Source: a virus. Taken from it: a DNA stretch of 64,000 nucleotides. Position 1 is the stretch's first letter. Each line of letters begins with the position of its first letter. The stretch covers positions 5,021 to 69,020 of the IMG/VR virus record IMGVR_UViG_3300020417_001379; one strand, 5' to 3'. The position numbers and the translations under genes were made by a program. The notes under the pieces are model-generated. The model had not been told where the DNA came from. It worked only from the letters and a program-made list of their open reading frames with translations, and searched no databases. Positions 10,201-20,782 of this stretch are shown piece by piece.

Positions 10201-13200
10201 TAACCCCCGACTATTCCGGTAGTGGAACAATATCAATAGATGTTCTCAAAGCCGGTGGTGGGCTTGGCGCTCCATACGCAGTTAATGATACTTTAGTGAT
10301 AGTAATACCCTTTAATAATCCGACCGCTACGCAATTAAATATATTTGTTACCGTTAGCGAATTAACAGAAGATGCAGAATTTGAAGTTATACCCGCAGAG
10401 CAAGCCCACACAAACACTTTGAATTTCTTTATGGATACTCAATACGCTGATGTAATGTCTTCTCTACAAGCAGGAGACGAGTTTGTTGTATCGGATACAA
10501 ACGCCACAAGTTACATTAGAGGAAAACATATTATTAAGAGCATAAAAAAGGTATTGAATTTTCACGGAATACCCACCGATGACGCAAGGCGTTATCTTTG
10601 GTGCATACAAACATATACTGATATTCACCCTTCATTCCCCGAAGGACAGCAAGCCTCACAGGGCGGCTACGGAAATTTCAATGAAAAATGGGGACTCTTA
10701 GGCTCACAAGATTATTGGAAGGAATCATGGAGAAACAACGAAAGGTTGTCTTGGAACAAGAAAATTACAGGGACTATAACACCCAAACCCGCAAGTATGA
10801 CGGAAGACATTTCTTCAAGAGGAATACACGCTCGTTGGATGAGAGATTTGCCTAAGTCTTTATGGTTTAGGTATCATTTTGCTTCTATACAGTATAACGC
10901 AACAGCGACTATGAACGCACAAGGCGCTATAAGTGCAGGTGCAACAGAAGTAGAAATAGACCAAACCACCTTTAATAAAATAGATAATTCCGGTATAGTA
11001 GAGATAGTAAGAGCAGGAAAATCTGTGTCTTATGATACTCGTAAAGACACAAGAGATTTCTTTATCTACAAATGTAAATACGAAGAGGGCGGTCAATGGT
11101 TTATAGGCGGTTGTAAATACATTAGTTTAGACCACCCTACAAATGTTGTGGCCTACAATGCCGACTCTTCGTATGTAGTAACGCCTACTTTACTTAAATT
11201 TATAGACAACAAAGATTCGTATAAACATATTTGGTTGCTTTGGGCTGATATGAGAAATGATGGTTTGGCTGACGCAGACGGCGGCAAAAGAAAAAAGGTA
11301 TTTGGGTTACAAACACCTACTATTGATAATTATTCAGTAGAATTACAATTTGACGACCAAGTAGATGATGACGGCAACCCGCAATCTTGGACTGAGTTAA
11401 GACATGGAGAAGATTACAATATGTGGGATACAGATTCTACTTTGGATGATTCAACAGGCGGCGCGTTTTCAAAACCATTAGATTATGATAATGCAGTAGC
11501 AATAAACGGCAATGCAGTTAGTAGTGTAAATAGTAAGTTAAGTATTAACAAAACAAGTCATGGTCTAACAACAGGAGATTATGTGGGGCTGATTAACTTT
11601 GTGCAGGGCGCTAACAATTACGATGGTGTATATACTATAAGCGTTACAGATGCTAATAATTTTGTTGTTAATGTGGCTTACTCAAGCGGTATAAGTGGGA
11701 CTTCAAACAGATATTTTTACGCGGCTACAACGGGTAGCGATAAAGACGAAACACAATACCAAGATTGGGAAGACAAGGGCGGAGCGTTTGTTATAGTAGA
11801 TACAAGTAAATTCTTTAATCTTAATACTTTAGCCAATAGAGGTAGAGTAGGGCAAGACGGTGGCGGAGAAACAGATGTTGGAGATTATACAGCAATAGGT
11901 GTAGGAGACCCTGTTTTGGTTGATTCTTATTATAGGAATGCACCATCTACAACAGCGACTACAAATAGTAATTATAGAAAACACCCAAGACTAAACAAAT
12001 TAGTGTCTCTAAATACCGAGTTAGCAAGTAGCGTTAATGCAGGTCATTTTTGGTTAGAGCCTACTGACGCTACAATGTTTGAAGATACGGGCGTAGGTAA
12101 AATAGTGGGTAAAAAATTAGAAGGCACATTAAATTCTACCTTTTACTTTACTTGGAATGGTAGGGTAGAGTCCGATATACAACACACAAATGTAACCGTA
12201 GCAACGCCTAATACATTGCATACTTATTGGTCTATAACTAAAACAGGCGCTACATTTATTTCAGATGGAGTAAAAGCAGGCGCTTATGTAGAAAATGTAT
12301 CAAAACCATTGGTAGCGGGTGTAGGAGATTCTTGGAAAACTTCTCATGTGCAGAAGCATTATTACAGGGTAAAAAAAGTAGTATCTGAAACACAATTACA
12401 AGTCGAAAGAGTATCATACTATAATGGTAGTATGTCCTACAATGTTCATTTAAGTAGCGAAGATTTCTCCGGTTGGAGAAATGGCTTATACAAAAGAAAT
12501 GGTGGTTTTACTCAAGATATGATAGATGATGGTTGGGCAACAGGTCATACTCTAAAGATATGCAAACAATTATTTAATGTAATGCTTGATAGTGTTAATT
12601 CCGGTGAATTTGATAGTGAGTGGAGTCCGGCAAGTATAAAGGCAGAATTCACAGATAGATTAGAAAAAGATGTAGGGACAAATTTTGATGTTAATTATCC
12701 TTATGCTTCTACGGGAGTAATATTAGGTCAATTTGATGAGACATTGGTTTATACCTCTACGGCTAATCAATATGCTTACAGAATGATGATGAAAATAAAC
12801 GGTAAATATAAAAATACTAATAGCGGAACATTTTATGAAAGCGATAAAATGAGAGCGCTGTGGTCTCTTTCTTTACTTGATTCTTGGTGGGCAAAAACAA
12901 GATTAACTTCTATCTTTGATATACAAAATGTCCCTATTACGGAAAATATGACTACTTACAATACAAATTCTACTTACGATTCTTATGGTAGTATTTTCGA
13001 TAGCAATGGAAAGCAATTGATGAAGACTATAAAGGAAAATCAAAAGATGGCGGGCGTAGGGGATGAATCTTCTACCTTTACATCATTTTCGTGGTTAGTA
13101 GGTAGAGATAATAGGATTGATTTCAGACCTAAATATAATAGCGGTTATAATATTACAAGAGATAAAGTAAAAATATCAGATTTCAATATGATTCAATCTA

Positions 13201-15260
13201 CAAGAATAGATAATGTGAGAGTAAGATATAATGGTGGTAATAGTTTTGTAGATTACCCCGAACCTGCTGTTAGCGATACCACATCTTGGAAAATAATTGA
13301 TATGCCTAAAGTATTAAAAAGTAGCGAAGCATTAGTAATAGCAGAAAAGGAGTATAACGCTCGTAAGAAAAACCCATTACAATTAAATGTAGCAATGTTA
13401 AGACACAATACTGATGATAAAGACAGTATGTTAGATGGTGGCCGCTATGGGTATATAGCAGATGCTCAAGTAGCCTTACAAGGAAATGCAGACAACGCTC
13501 TTGGAACAGCATGGTGTTGGACTATTATGGGAACAGGGGGAGTGCCCTTTTCCGGTATGGTAAATGCTCTTGACGGTAACTTAGGAAGCGTAGTTACATC
13601 ATCTACTCTACATTCAAGATTTGGTTTATCGGATAATACGGGTAGTGGAACAGTAGAGCATCAAGATAATTACAAATGGTATGGTTCTCGCTCTATATCT
13701 AAGGCTTTACAAATAGTCCATGTAGCCAAAGACATACCAAAAATAAGCCCAACCACAGGAGAAAAATTAAGAGTAGTAATTGCCGTAACGCCTAACCAAG
13801 CAACCACTACTACCATAGATGAAGCACAATTTAGAGTTTTATTACTTGATTGCTCTTTTACTACTAACACTTCAAGCGGATATGCTGTGGATTTAAAAGA
13901 AAACATTGAAGGGCATTCCTATGTAGATATACAACACAACGGTTTTTACGAAATGGATATTCCTACTACTTACGGCACAGGTAAGGTAGTTATTTCTTTT
14001 AATGCAGATTATTGCCGAGACCTTTTGAGAAGCAGATGCGGAGACCCAACCGCCACCGCAGGTTCGGGAAGGCTTAATGTATTACACAATTCAGTAGCCG
14101 CTTTAGGAATACCCGTTAATGGAGCATACCCTGTTGTGCTTGATTCGTATAATTATAGTAAAACCATCTTCCCATTAGGTTGTAGGGAATATACGAATAT
14201 GGGTGGGGGCTTTGGTGATGATAGAGCCATGTGGTATGCTCCTACCCTAAACATTGTAGATGATGTTATGTATGTCCCCGCTACTTATGTAAAATACACA
14301 GATGCGGGTTTTGATATTAACAATAAAACAATGGTTATAGATTCGGTATCATGGAAAGTAGGACATAAAAAGGGCGAAGAAATTTTGTTAGGTTTGAGAG
14401 AAGACGAATCAACGGCGGCAGGCGGTGTTATGAGTTATATTTTACAACCTGCACCGGACTTAGGAGACCCTAACTACATTAGTAATGTAACGACAACCGT
14501 TCCACCAAGCGGTAACATTACAGACGAAGTAACACAAGATGTATCTATTAACGGTAAAAACCCAAGCCAAGCGGGTTATTCCGATACCCCTAAGTTAAGT
14601 GTGAATCAAATAAATAGCGGCACATATTCTGCTTTAAACAATTCTATGAATGTAGATGGAAGTAAGTATTCTGCTCAATATGATAATAGTATTTTAGGTC
14701 AAAATGTTATGCCTACTACACCTGCAAGTATGAGAGGAATGCCCGGTGCATTAAGAGTATTCCCAACGGAAGGTTCGGCTACTGAAATAGAAGACGGTAT
14801 TAGTTTGCCGGGAGCAGGTAGAAGAAAATTATTTACAGAAGGCGCGCAGAGGAAGCAAGAGGTTATACACAGAGCAGAAGCAAAGGTCAAATCTCCACCG
14901 GACGCTATCAATGATGAAATAAATGTAACAGCAGACATTAGTTTGCCTCATAGTGTAAATTCGGGAGACGCTGTTTTGTATGTAGATATAACCTGTGCTG
15001 AGACAAGCACGACTATATCTGAAGCCATCTCTATCAAAACAGGTAGTAATATTTCTAATATGCAATTAACTTCTACGGGTATTCTTAGTGGTGCGGGGAC
15101 TACGGGTAATACAATAACAGTAGGGTTATCGAGACAAGCAGGTAAGCGTGGAGACAGCGCAAAATATACAGCCCTAAAGGTAAGCAATCTAAATATTAAC
15201 TTCAAAAGAGCGGCTGTTAATGCGCCATCCTCAAGTAATATATTTAAGCCCTATAATTAA
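7239..15260 (+). CDS. giant tail tip/baseplate-hub and adhesin protein (~2670 aa)
   Basis: Follows tape measure; beta-rich; hub-like segments (IWRGLISNI..., IDNVRVRY..., MVIDSVSW). Confidence 0.75.
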   Translation: MVRKVKDKYNVWLVGYYDDFNGARAIPNDDNSPDNTNIGDYSHAFTHFGNPLNGEATLNPRYRWSYYDRTTVSGYPNADEPYMFSLATNRLLHNKGAFEWLSFDTIRNRPNKQQGRSQLQYPDGHTNTNKFRIHPFTNGGNDAYQMFSNGHDTLGRYIVPTGDIDSTFGRRDMQGYGSTYTSKTDGKNSWVKDSEMGGSNHGVDDGITMVRRAHLAGKWMGEAFKYSSASEDKPLNVFAPLESPSGMPFLCVQQYNQTGSNSTPSIPTIYYDGTLNSRDTHDVLHFRLAVRSFEGTPNDSDAGKITPKVTIKAGYTSGPTPITTSGVTDMEGGLTGTAAISFDLDLTDYDTHPQLYKGNDTKLTYNNDDSWIDVDVVLDYDNNTYKVYQDGNLKSTTGSFTASAEDLYGWEIYMHPASGDNNVTSTLMLDRAALCRPLTDDPADRDLPPLDNLNIETVINGYSSCGFNLIDSAVNYEEAQYGFSTDNYSHNFTSMFSGNKLSDWGIVVFAGAGETGSKDIPRIDRPIWRGLISNIGIKEKANTNDRIISFVAQDSLSLLDKQIPMWELGQNKTNTLETFSPYWSYSAEGLKEAMDLGATSLKQFAANIGRTKLTNHENTLDQRTQLQTGHPIQMYNNEDANGPNDLEDDYEGAGIDYIFRDNTGVRIVLTGNPNVGASGNIVIDNTGQAYDGRTLAITAHHSIDDAGNIVTYNSAHSQEVLTIAHGSGTGQIPFVDNYTNHIAYIGKYVGPLVAHDDPNYSFVSYTTDSNIPVLRRFNNYMQFIEMNPATFENSRGSIGGLRITNQGSGYTKEAGYYTLIGGVKHNRGLINLPAPVNQDPSAYPYWAGETAIAEWESNYSYTQPTSSPASWEHGIDWNKGEITDVTITNGGKGYYSIPDLTGVDRVLGETGTAFSNNGIKSVTVNSSNGWPTQSGTSTGLATTVTQKHIVSGTTVNPSNPNDYGGYFFATSGSHSTSSTNDAILEVSITPDYSGSGTISIDVLKAGGGLGAPYAVNDTLVIVIPFNNPTATQLNIFVTVSELTEDAEFEVIPAEQAHTNTLNFFMDTQYADVMSSLQAGDEFVVSDTNATSYIRGKHIIKSIKKVLNFHGIPTDDARRYLWCIQTYTDIHPSFPEGQQASQGGYGNFNEKWGLLGSQDYWKESWRNNERLSWNKKITGTITPKPASMTEDISSRGIHARWMRDLPKSLWFRYHFASIQYNATATMNAQGAISAGATEVEIDQTTFNKIDNSGIVEIVRAGKSVSYDTRKDTRDFFIYKCKYEEGGQWFIGGCKYISLDHPTNVVAYNADSSYVVTPTLLKFIDNKDSYKHIWLLWADMRNDGLADADGGKRKKVFGLQTPTIDNYSVELQFDDQVDDDGNPQSWTELRHGEDYNMWDTDSTLDDSTGGAFSKPLDYDNAVAINGNAVSSVNSKLSINKTSHGLTTGDYVGLINFVQGANNYDGVYTISVTDANNFVVNVAYSSGISGTSNRYFYAATTGSDKDETQYQDWEDKGGAFVIVDTSKFFNLNTLANRGRVGQDGGGETDVGDYTAIGVGDPVLVDSYYRNAPSTTATTNSNYRKHPRLNKLVSLNTELASSVNAGHFWLEPTDATMFEDTGVGKIVGKKLEGTLNSTFYFTWNGRVESDIQHTNVTVATPNTLHTYWSITKTGATFISDGVKAGAYVENVSKPLVAGVGDSWKTSHVQKHYYRVKKVVSETQLQVERVSYYNGSMSYNVHLSSEDFSGWRNGLYKRNGGFTQDMIDDGWATGHTLKICKQLFNVMLDSVNSGEFDSEWSPASIKAEFTDRLEKDVGTNFDVNYPYASTGVILGQFDETLVYTSTANQYAYRMMMKINGKYKNTNSGTFYESDKMRALWSLSLLDSWWAKTRLTSIFDIQNVPITENMTTYNTNSTYDSYGSIFDSNGKQLMKTIKENQKMAGVGDESSTFTSFSWLVGRDNRIDFRPKYNSGYNITRDKVKISDFNMIQSTRIDNVRVRYNGGNSFVDYPEPAVSDTTSWKIIDMPKVLKSSEALVIAEKEYNARKKNPLQLNVAMLRHNTDDKDSMLDGGRYGYIADAQVALQGNADNALGTAWCWTIMGTGGVPFSGMVNALDGNLGSVVTSSTLHSRFGLSDNTGSGTVEHQDNYKWYGSRSISKALQIVHVAKDIPKISPTTGEKLRVVIAVTPNQATTTTIDEAQFRVLLLDCSFTTNTSSGYAVDLKENIEGHSYVDIQHNGFYEMDIPTTYGTGKVVISFNADYCRDLLRSRCGDPTATAGSGRLNVLHNSVAALGIPVNGAYPVVLDSYNYSKTIFPLGCREYTNMGGGFGDDRAMWYAPTLNIVDDVMYVPATYVKYTDAGFDINNKTMVIDSVSWKVGHKKGEEILLGLREDESTAAGGVMSYILQPAPDLGDPNYISNVTTTVPPSGNITDEVTQDVSINGKNPSQAGYSDTPKLSVNQINSGTYSALNNSMNVDGSKYSAQYDNSILGQNVMPTTPASMRGMPGALRVFPTEGSATEIEDGISLPGAGRRKLFTEGAQRKQEVIHRAEAKVKSPPDAINDEINVTADISLPHSVNSGDAVLYVDITCAETSTTISEAISIKTGSNISNMQLTSTGILSGAGTTGNTITVGLSRQAGKRGDSAKYTALKVSNLNINFKRAAVNAPSSSNIFKPYN

Positions 15261-15970
15261 TACTTTTTACGCAAGTCAAGTATTTTTTTGGCTTTGGTTC
15301 TACCTATACCCTTTACTTCCATTAGGTCTTTTTGCGTCCGCCTACTGTGTAGTATCTGAGGGATGCTACCAAAATGTTCTAACAAATCAATAGCCATCGT
15401 ATTAGTTACTCCACCGACAGAAGTTAGAAGATTGACCCTATCATCGGCTTTTTTACTGTTTTTTACTTTCACGAATTCCGGTATTCTGTTAAGGCCGGAC
15501 TGCCCATCTAAGGTCATCTGTGTGTGGTTAGTTATTAGGAAATCTACGAAGGCATCCATAGTAGGCAATTCCATATATCGTATCTTAGGGAAGCGCTGAT
15601 AGAATGTAAGTTTGAATTGGTCTATAACCTTCTTCATCTTAGCCATCTCGATAGCCATAGCCTGTCTTGAAGACTTGCCTCTAACATAGGGCTTCAATTG
15701 CGTCCCATAAACAATTAGGAATGGCTTATCAAAGTTTTCTTGAAGGTCTCTCAATTGGTCTATAATAGTCCTCGTTCTTCCAAATCCCATAATGGAACGG
15801 TATAGGTCATTGATTTCTTTAGCCTCTATTCCCCATTGTCCTATCACATAATCTGCGCTTTGCATACGCAAGACTTTGCCCTGTCCTTTAGGGTCTAAAG
15901 ACCAATCGCCTATCCTCATCAAGAGTTTGTTTATGACCTTCTCGTTCTCTCGGTCATCTATCAGTAGCAT
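15257..15970 (-). CDS. ERCC4/XPF-family structure-specific nuclease with C-terminal HhH
   Basis: IDDRE, ADYVI, IEAKEINDLYRSI motifs; VGGVT and VKGIGRTKA HhH motifs. Confidence 0.85.
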   Translation of the reverse strand: MLLIDDRENEKVINKLLMRIGDWSLDPKGQGKVLRMQSADYVIGQWGIEAKEINDLYRSIMGFGRTRTIIDQLRDLQENFDKPFLIVYGTQLKPYVRGKSSRQAMAIEMAKMKKVIDQFKLTFYQRFPKIRYMELPTMDAFVDFLITNHTQMTLDGQSGLNRIPEFVKVKNSKKADDRVNLLTSVGGVTNTMAIDLLEHFGSIPQILHSRRTQKDLMEVKGIGRTKAKKILDLRKKY

Positions 15971-15997
15971 TAATAAAAATTATTCTGTAATCTGTAT

Positions 15998-16141
15998 TTA
16001 AGATATTTTGTGTTCCATACTACAATTTAAGCATACAGGTGGGGTGAATTGGTTATACAGGAAGCCTATTTTACTACCACACCATCTGCATTCTTTAGGG
16101 ACTAAATTTAACATAACTTTTGTGTATCTTTCTTCTATCAT
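15998..16141 (-). CDS. small Zn-finger protein (47 aa)
   Basis: CRWC...CLNC; ATG at 16141 just after the primase stop. Confidence 0.5.
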   Translation of the reverse strand: MIEERYTKVMLNLVPKECRWCGSKIGFLYNQFTPPVCLNCSMEHKIS

Positions 16142-16142
16142 T

Positions 16143-17159
16143 CTATCCTCTCCTTGTCCCATCATCTCTCCAACATGGGCCTGTGCAAAGGTCTCTTGCT
16201 TGTAGTTTAGCGCAAGAAGTAACCTGCTCATAATCCATGAGGCTGTTAATGTGGAATCGTGAAGTATGCGGGTTGTAATCTCTCCAACCCAAAGTGCCTA
16301 TGAAGTCTGCTATCTTATCAGCAATGTCTGACTTTTCTTTAGCGGTTAAAGTAGAAGGGTGAGCAAACCATCTTAGGTTGTCGGCCAAGTGTTGAACCAA
16401 AGCAACCCTTACATGGTGTCTTGGGTTCTCGTGCCTCATAGCCTTGTCGAGACACGGTGGAATAGGCACTTGGTCTAATGTCCCTATGTCGCCTTCAAAG
16501 GGTGCTTTAGCCTCATAGAATACAGTTTGCTGTGGGTTCTTAGCAATCCACTTTACTATACTGAAAGCAGAGTCTCTTGCCTTGCCTCTAAAGGGGTCTA
16601 AATTAGAAAGGCTCTGTTGTGGTTTGTTAGGAATATCATAGCCAAGCGGGTCTTCGTGGAATCTTTTAGCGTCTATATTTACTGCCCACTTCTTGCGTGT
16701 AACATTGTAAGTGTCGGGGACTCTCGTTAATTTTTGTGGGTTGCCCACACCATCGAGAGTCTTAAGTCCCTTAGCCATTTCATTCTCATAACGAATAATA
16801 TGTTTGGAAATAGCAGTCCCCTTTACAGGCTTCTCAAATAACTCATGCACATGGAATCCCCTACCTGTCGCAACGACTCTTACATCTCCTGTTAGTTTAG
16901 ACAGCAATTGTGCTACATCTTTTTTAACCTGTATAATATCGTATTCTTCTGTGGTATCGAAGTCCCACCATGCTCGGTCTATCACAACCGATTCGGGGTC
17001 GAATTTCCAAGACCGTGTAGGGTGTCTTCTCTCAAAGGAATACAAAGAAGTGTATATAGAAGACTTGCCGTTCAAATTACTAATGTATGTATCGAAGTCG
17101 CTACGGGAATCACAGGGCTTACGGCGTAACCCAATCTCTCGCGGAAAATTAAGAAGCAT
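16143..17159 (-). CDS. archaeo-eukaryotic primase: catalytic domain fused to a PriL-CTD-like Cys-rich domain
   Basis: WDFD and TGRGFHVH catalytic motifs; C-terminal PPC...SC....C..C. Confidence 0.85.
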   Translation of the reverse strand: MLLNFPREIGLRRKPCDSRSDFDTYISNLNGKSSIYTSLYSFERRHPTRSWKFDPESVVIDRAWWDFDTTEEYDIIQVKKDVAQLLSKLTGDVRVVATGRGFHVHELFEKPVKGTAISKHIIRYENEMAKGLKTLDGVGNPQKLTRVPDTYNVTRKKWAVNIDAKRFHEDPLGYDIPNKPQQSLSNLDPFRGKARDSAFSIVKWIAKNPQQTVFYEAKAPFEGDIGTLDQVPIPPCLDKAMRHENPRHHVRVALVQHLADNLRWFAHPSTLTAKEKSDIADKIADFIGTLGWRDYNPHTSRFHINSLMDYEQVTSCAKLQARDLCTGPCWRDDGTRRG

Positions 17160-17163
17160 AGTA

Positions 17164-17349
17164 TTACCTCGCTACTTCCTGTTGGTGTCCGCAGGCACAA
17201 CCGCCTATTGTTACTATCTCCGGCGCGTGTCCTTCTTGACCTGTTACTCTAACAACATCTTCAAAGCCTTCCCATTCGTCATCCTTACCACAGGCGCTAC
17301 ACACGACATTGATAAATTCTCTTGAAGCGCCTACTCTACTCATATCCAT
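17164..17349 (-). CDS. small Zn-ribbon protein
   Basis: CSAC...CACGH. Confidence 0.6.
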   Translation of the reverse strand: MDMSRVGASREFINVVCSACGKDDEWEGFEDVVRVTGQEGHAPEIVTIGGCACGHQQEVAR

Positions 17350-18191
17350 TCCTCTATACTACCCGTTAATTCCGACTCGCAATTCAAATGAAAATCGCAC
17401 CAAACCGGACAGAAATACTCGTTCCAATTCATGTGAAAATCTTGGAGTTTAAGTGAGTCAATAGTGTCGTATAAACCTTGTTCAAAGGCATTAATAGAGC
17501 GGGTGGTAACAGGCTCTAACAAAGCGTATCCACCGTTCTCGCCGAGCCACATTGTCTTGCCTCTCTTTTTATACTCGTTAAGTAACTTGTCTCCTTCTAC
17601 TACTTCGTAGTCGGGAGTCAGATACAAAAAGTGTGTTACTTCATCGTATCCCATCTTCTTTAGCATACGAGTATAGAATACCATTTCCTTTCTCGTTCTG
17701 CCTAACTTACCCATATTCATTTTACCTGTCTTCAATTCTACTACAATCAACCCACCTTGAGGGTGTCTGAGAACACCATCTATCATGCCTACCCATATTA
17801 TGGGAGTCATACCGCTTTGTGTAGTGAATTCTTCATAGACTTGGTGCTTGACTTCCGCCTCTACAACATCAAAAGAACCTAAGTCGCTCGCAATAGAATG
17901 AATAAGAGAGGCAAGGTTCTTTGCTCCCCTGTCTTCTTCCATGCCTTCGGCAATCAAGTATCTTTCCATGTCTTCGGGTTCGCCAAGAATACCATGCTCC
18001 ATAGCACTATGCACTATCGTTCCCCTAATCGCCGCCTCGCTTGGGGGCGGTGAAGGAACATCTGCGACATAGCGCCAATAGAATTGTCTTGGGCACATAG
18101 AGTAAGTCATGTAAGACGACTTACTTACCCGTAGAATCTCTCCGTCCGGCTTATAGGAAGAAGCGTCTATCTGCTCTTGTGTAGCACGCAT
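17340..18191 (-). CDS. Cas4-like PD-(D/E)XK exonuclease with Fe-S cysteines
   Basis: SKSS...CPRQ, GTIVH, GMID, ELKTG, C-terminal CPVWCDFHLNC; no CRISPR locus nearby. Confidence 0.85.
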   Translation of the reverse strand: MRATQEQIDASSYKPDGEILRVSKSSYMTYSMCPRQFYWRYVADVPSPPPSEAAIRGTIVHSAMEHGILGEPEDMERYLIAEGMEEDRGAKNLASLIHSIASDLGSFDVVEAEVKHQVYEEFTTQSGMTPIIWVGMIDGVLRHPQGGLIVVELKTGKMNMGKLGRTRKEMVFYTRMLKKMGYDEVTHFLYLTPDYEVVEGDKLLNEYKKRGKTMWLGENGGYALLEPVTTRSINAFEQGLYDTIDSLKLQDFHMNWNEYFCPVWCDFHLNCESELTGSIEEWI

Positions 18192-18194
18192 ACA

Positions 18195-18533
18195 TCATTC
18201 TTCCTCTGTTGTTCCGTTATCCCAATTCTCAATAGTCATCTGTGTGCCCTCTTGCTCAAATTTGTGTCCGCAAGCAGGGCATTGCGTTGCCTTTGGTAGA
18301 GCCTTAAGTTTAGGTTCAAACAAAACCTGCCCACAGGCAGGACAATTGCTTTCTTCTAACCTACCATCCTCTTGTAAAAGAGCATATACAATACCGTTTA
18401 TCCTCGCCATATCGTTAGACATAGCGTTAATTAATTGGTTTAATACCTGCTGTATCTCATTCACTTGCTGTCCTAATTGTTTAGTGGTTAATTTACCACT
18501 TGCCTTCCTACTTCTCGTCATGTTTTGTCTCAC
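18195..18533 (-). CDS. coiled-coil + Zn-ribbon protein
   Basis: Two CPACG motifs. Confidence 0.65.
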   Translation of the reverse strand: MRQNMTRSRKASGKLTTKQLGQQVNEIQQVLNQLINAMSNDMARINGIVYALLQEDGRLEESNCPACGQVLFEPKLKALPKATQCPACGHKFEQEGTQMTIENWDNGTTEEE

Positions 18534-18553
18534 CTTCTATCCGAATATAAATA

Positions 18554-20782
18554 TTACACCCAAACAAGTCCGCCCAAACCTTGTTGCGCGTTGAGTAGCG
18601 GTTGCATACTCCACTTCATTAGGTCATAATAAGGTTGAATCTTATTCAATACGAATCGCTCACACATAATATCGTATCCTACATTTACTATACCGTCTAT
18701 ATCAGAGGGGTCATCGAAAGCAATATACTTACCGGCTTCGTCTATTGTTACTTTGAAGAATGAGCCTGCTGTATATCCCTTACCTAAATGCTCATTAGCC
18801 CACGCCGCCGCCGCCGCGTTGCCGGACAAAACCTTGTATTCGGCAAGCCTCTTATCTAATTTACCCTTCATAGAAATATCTTCAATAGCAATATCTTTCT
18901 TGACTATACTATCTATAATGGGTATAATAGTATTATTAACTTCTTCCTCAGACTTATTAGTTAGTATCATGTCTATTGTCTTGCCCATTACTTCTTTCAT
19001 AATTGGGGGCATACGAGACTGCTTTAACTCTATACCCTTTATGTAAAGGGTAGGCTCATGGTTCTCACCATCAGTCCAAGACACATTGCCTGCGTATCTA
19101 TTCTTAGCCATAAGAATCATGCTACTACACCACTTCTCAAATTCTACTTCTATCGGCTTCATTTGCTTGTTGAGAGAGGCCATCAATTGCATTCCCTCTA
19201 TCGGACTGCCTATTTCACAAAACACGCTGTCTGTGTGCCCGTATAGCACCTTACAGCCTGCTTCCTCAGCCAAGTCCTTGAGCCTACCTAAAGTGGAACG
19301 GGAAGTATAGGTTATAGCGGAAGCAATATCGGGGTGGTAAAGACCATACTTAGAATCTCCCGCCACACCATACATAGAAGCAACAAGAGTCTTGGCCGCA
19401 AATTGCATTGTGTCCCACTTCGCCTTTGCCTCTCCATCACTTAGGAACATCTTAGTCTTAAACACATCACGAAGGTTAGTCATCTTATCCATTTGGCGTA
19501 TGAGTAGCCCCTTTTTGTCCTGTGTAAAACAAGTGCCGTTACCACAGTCCTTGCCGTCTTCATCTAAGGTGTCCCAAGAAATATTATGTAGAGAAGCGTT
19601 GCTATGATACATTGCTTTAATGTCTAAAATACCTACATTATTGTAAAGCCCTGCCTCTACTTGCATAATATCAGCGCCCTCGTATGCTTGGTATTCAAAT
19701 TGTGGCTTCGTAGGAATACGAAGTCTATTGTCCTTATCCATAAGAACAAGGTTGCTAAACATCTTGGTAATGAAAGGCGTTGAACGAATATCGCATTGAA
19801 CAATATGCTGTAAAGAAGTAAAGTAATCCAAAGCATTTACTTTAGCGTCTAATTTAGGCAACAGTCTTACATCTTGCCTACAATAGTGTAAGTATAGAGG
19901 CAAGTCTGTTAGGTAGGTATCGTGCCCATCGGGTAACTCTACCTTCCTTTCTTTCAGAACCTCATACGCTACATCATCAAGTTTTTTAGACGGTAATTTA
20001 CCGTTCTTTAACTCCCATAATTTAGTGAATGCGAGCATCAAGTCAATACAATTTCTACCCGCAATAGGTTGCTCCCAATCCTTGTAAGAATAATTTATCT
20101 TACGCATTGGACTCATCATTGTGGCGTGAATACCTGTTGCTCTACATCTTTCTACAATGGTCTTTATATCCGCACCGACAACGAACCATCCGGTAATTAT
20201 ATCGGGGTCTTGTTTATCCATGTGTCTTAGGAAATGCACTAACATTTCTCTCTCGTTAGGAAATCCTATGGCGGGCACATCATATTTGTATCCGCCGTAT
20301 TCCTCGTATAGAGTAGTCTTGTCGAGACTTCTATTTACAAACCAAACATACTCATTCTCAGTAGTAGAATCATAGACTACTATAACGCGCATTTTATTTG
20401 TTGTAGGACTCCACTCACAATCTAAATACCAAGTCCTGTGTTCGTATTGCTTGAAAGGGGTATGCCCGTCCTTAATGCGGTCTGTGAGAACCCTATTAAC
20501 AAACGGAATGTTTGCTTCCCATGTAGGAATGTTAGGGTAATCCTTTTTGAAATCGTAAATCTGTTGCGGAACGGCAACCATTATTTTTGTTAGCGACTCA
20601 CCATACACGCCTTCGTAACCACGCTCTTTGGCTAAACATTGTATTCCTTCGGCATCAGAATCTCTGACGAAAAAATAGGGTCTATAATTATCTATCTTAG
20701 TCTCTATCCTTGCGCCATCTTCGTCCCTATGCCTAACAATGACTGTCCTTCCCTTGCCCTTAGTTACTATCATGGCTTCCAC
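18554..20782 (-). CDS. polB: family B DNA polymerase
   Basis: Exo motifs DCE, GWFVVGAD, YCRQD; pol motifs DIKAMYHS, KTLVASMYG, YGHTDS. Confidence 0.97.
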   Translation of the reverse strand: MEAMIVTKGKGRTVIVRHRDEDGARIETKIDNYRPYFFVRDSDAEGIQCLAKERGYEGVYGESLTKIMVAVPQQIYDFKKDYPNIPTWEANIPFVNRVLTDRIKDGHTPFKQYEHRTWYLDCEWSPTTNKMRVIVVYDSTTENEYVWFVNRSLDKTTLYEEYGGYKYDVPAIGFPNEREMLVHFLRHMDKQDPDIITGWFVVGADIKTIVERCRATGIHATMMSPMRKINYSYKDWEQPIAGRNCIDLMLAFTKLWELKNGKLPSKKLDDVAYEVLKERKVELPDGHDTYLTDLPLYLHYCRQDVRLLPKLDAKVNALDYFTSLQHIVQCDIRSTPFITKMFSNLVLMDKDNRLRIPTKPQFEYQAYEGADIMQVEAGLYNNVGILDIKAMYHSNASLHNISWDTLDEDGKDCGNGTCFTQDKKGLLIRQMDKMTNLRDVFKTKMFLSDGEAKAKWDTMQFAAKTLVASMYGVAGDSKYGLYHPDIASAITYTSRSTLGRLKDLAEEAGCKVLYGHTDSVFCEIGSPIEGMQLMASLNKQMKPIEVEFEKWCSSMILMAKNRYAGNVSWTDGENHEPTLYIKGIELKQSRMPPIMKEVMGKTIDMILTNKSEEEVNNTIIPIIDSIVKKDIAIEDISMKGKLDKRLAEYKVLSGNAAAAAWANEHLGKGYTAGSFFKVTIDEAGKYIAFDDPSDIDGIVNVGYDIMCERFVLNKIQPYYDLMKWSMQPLLNAQQGLGGLVWV

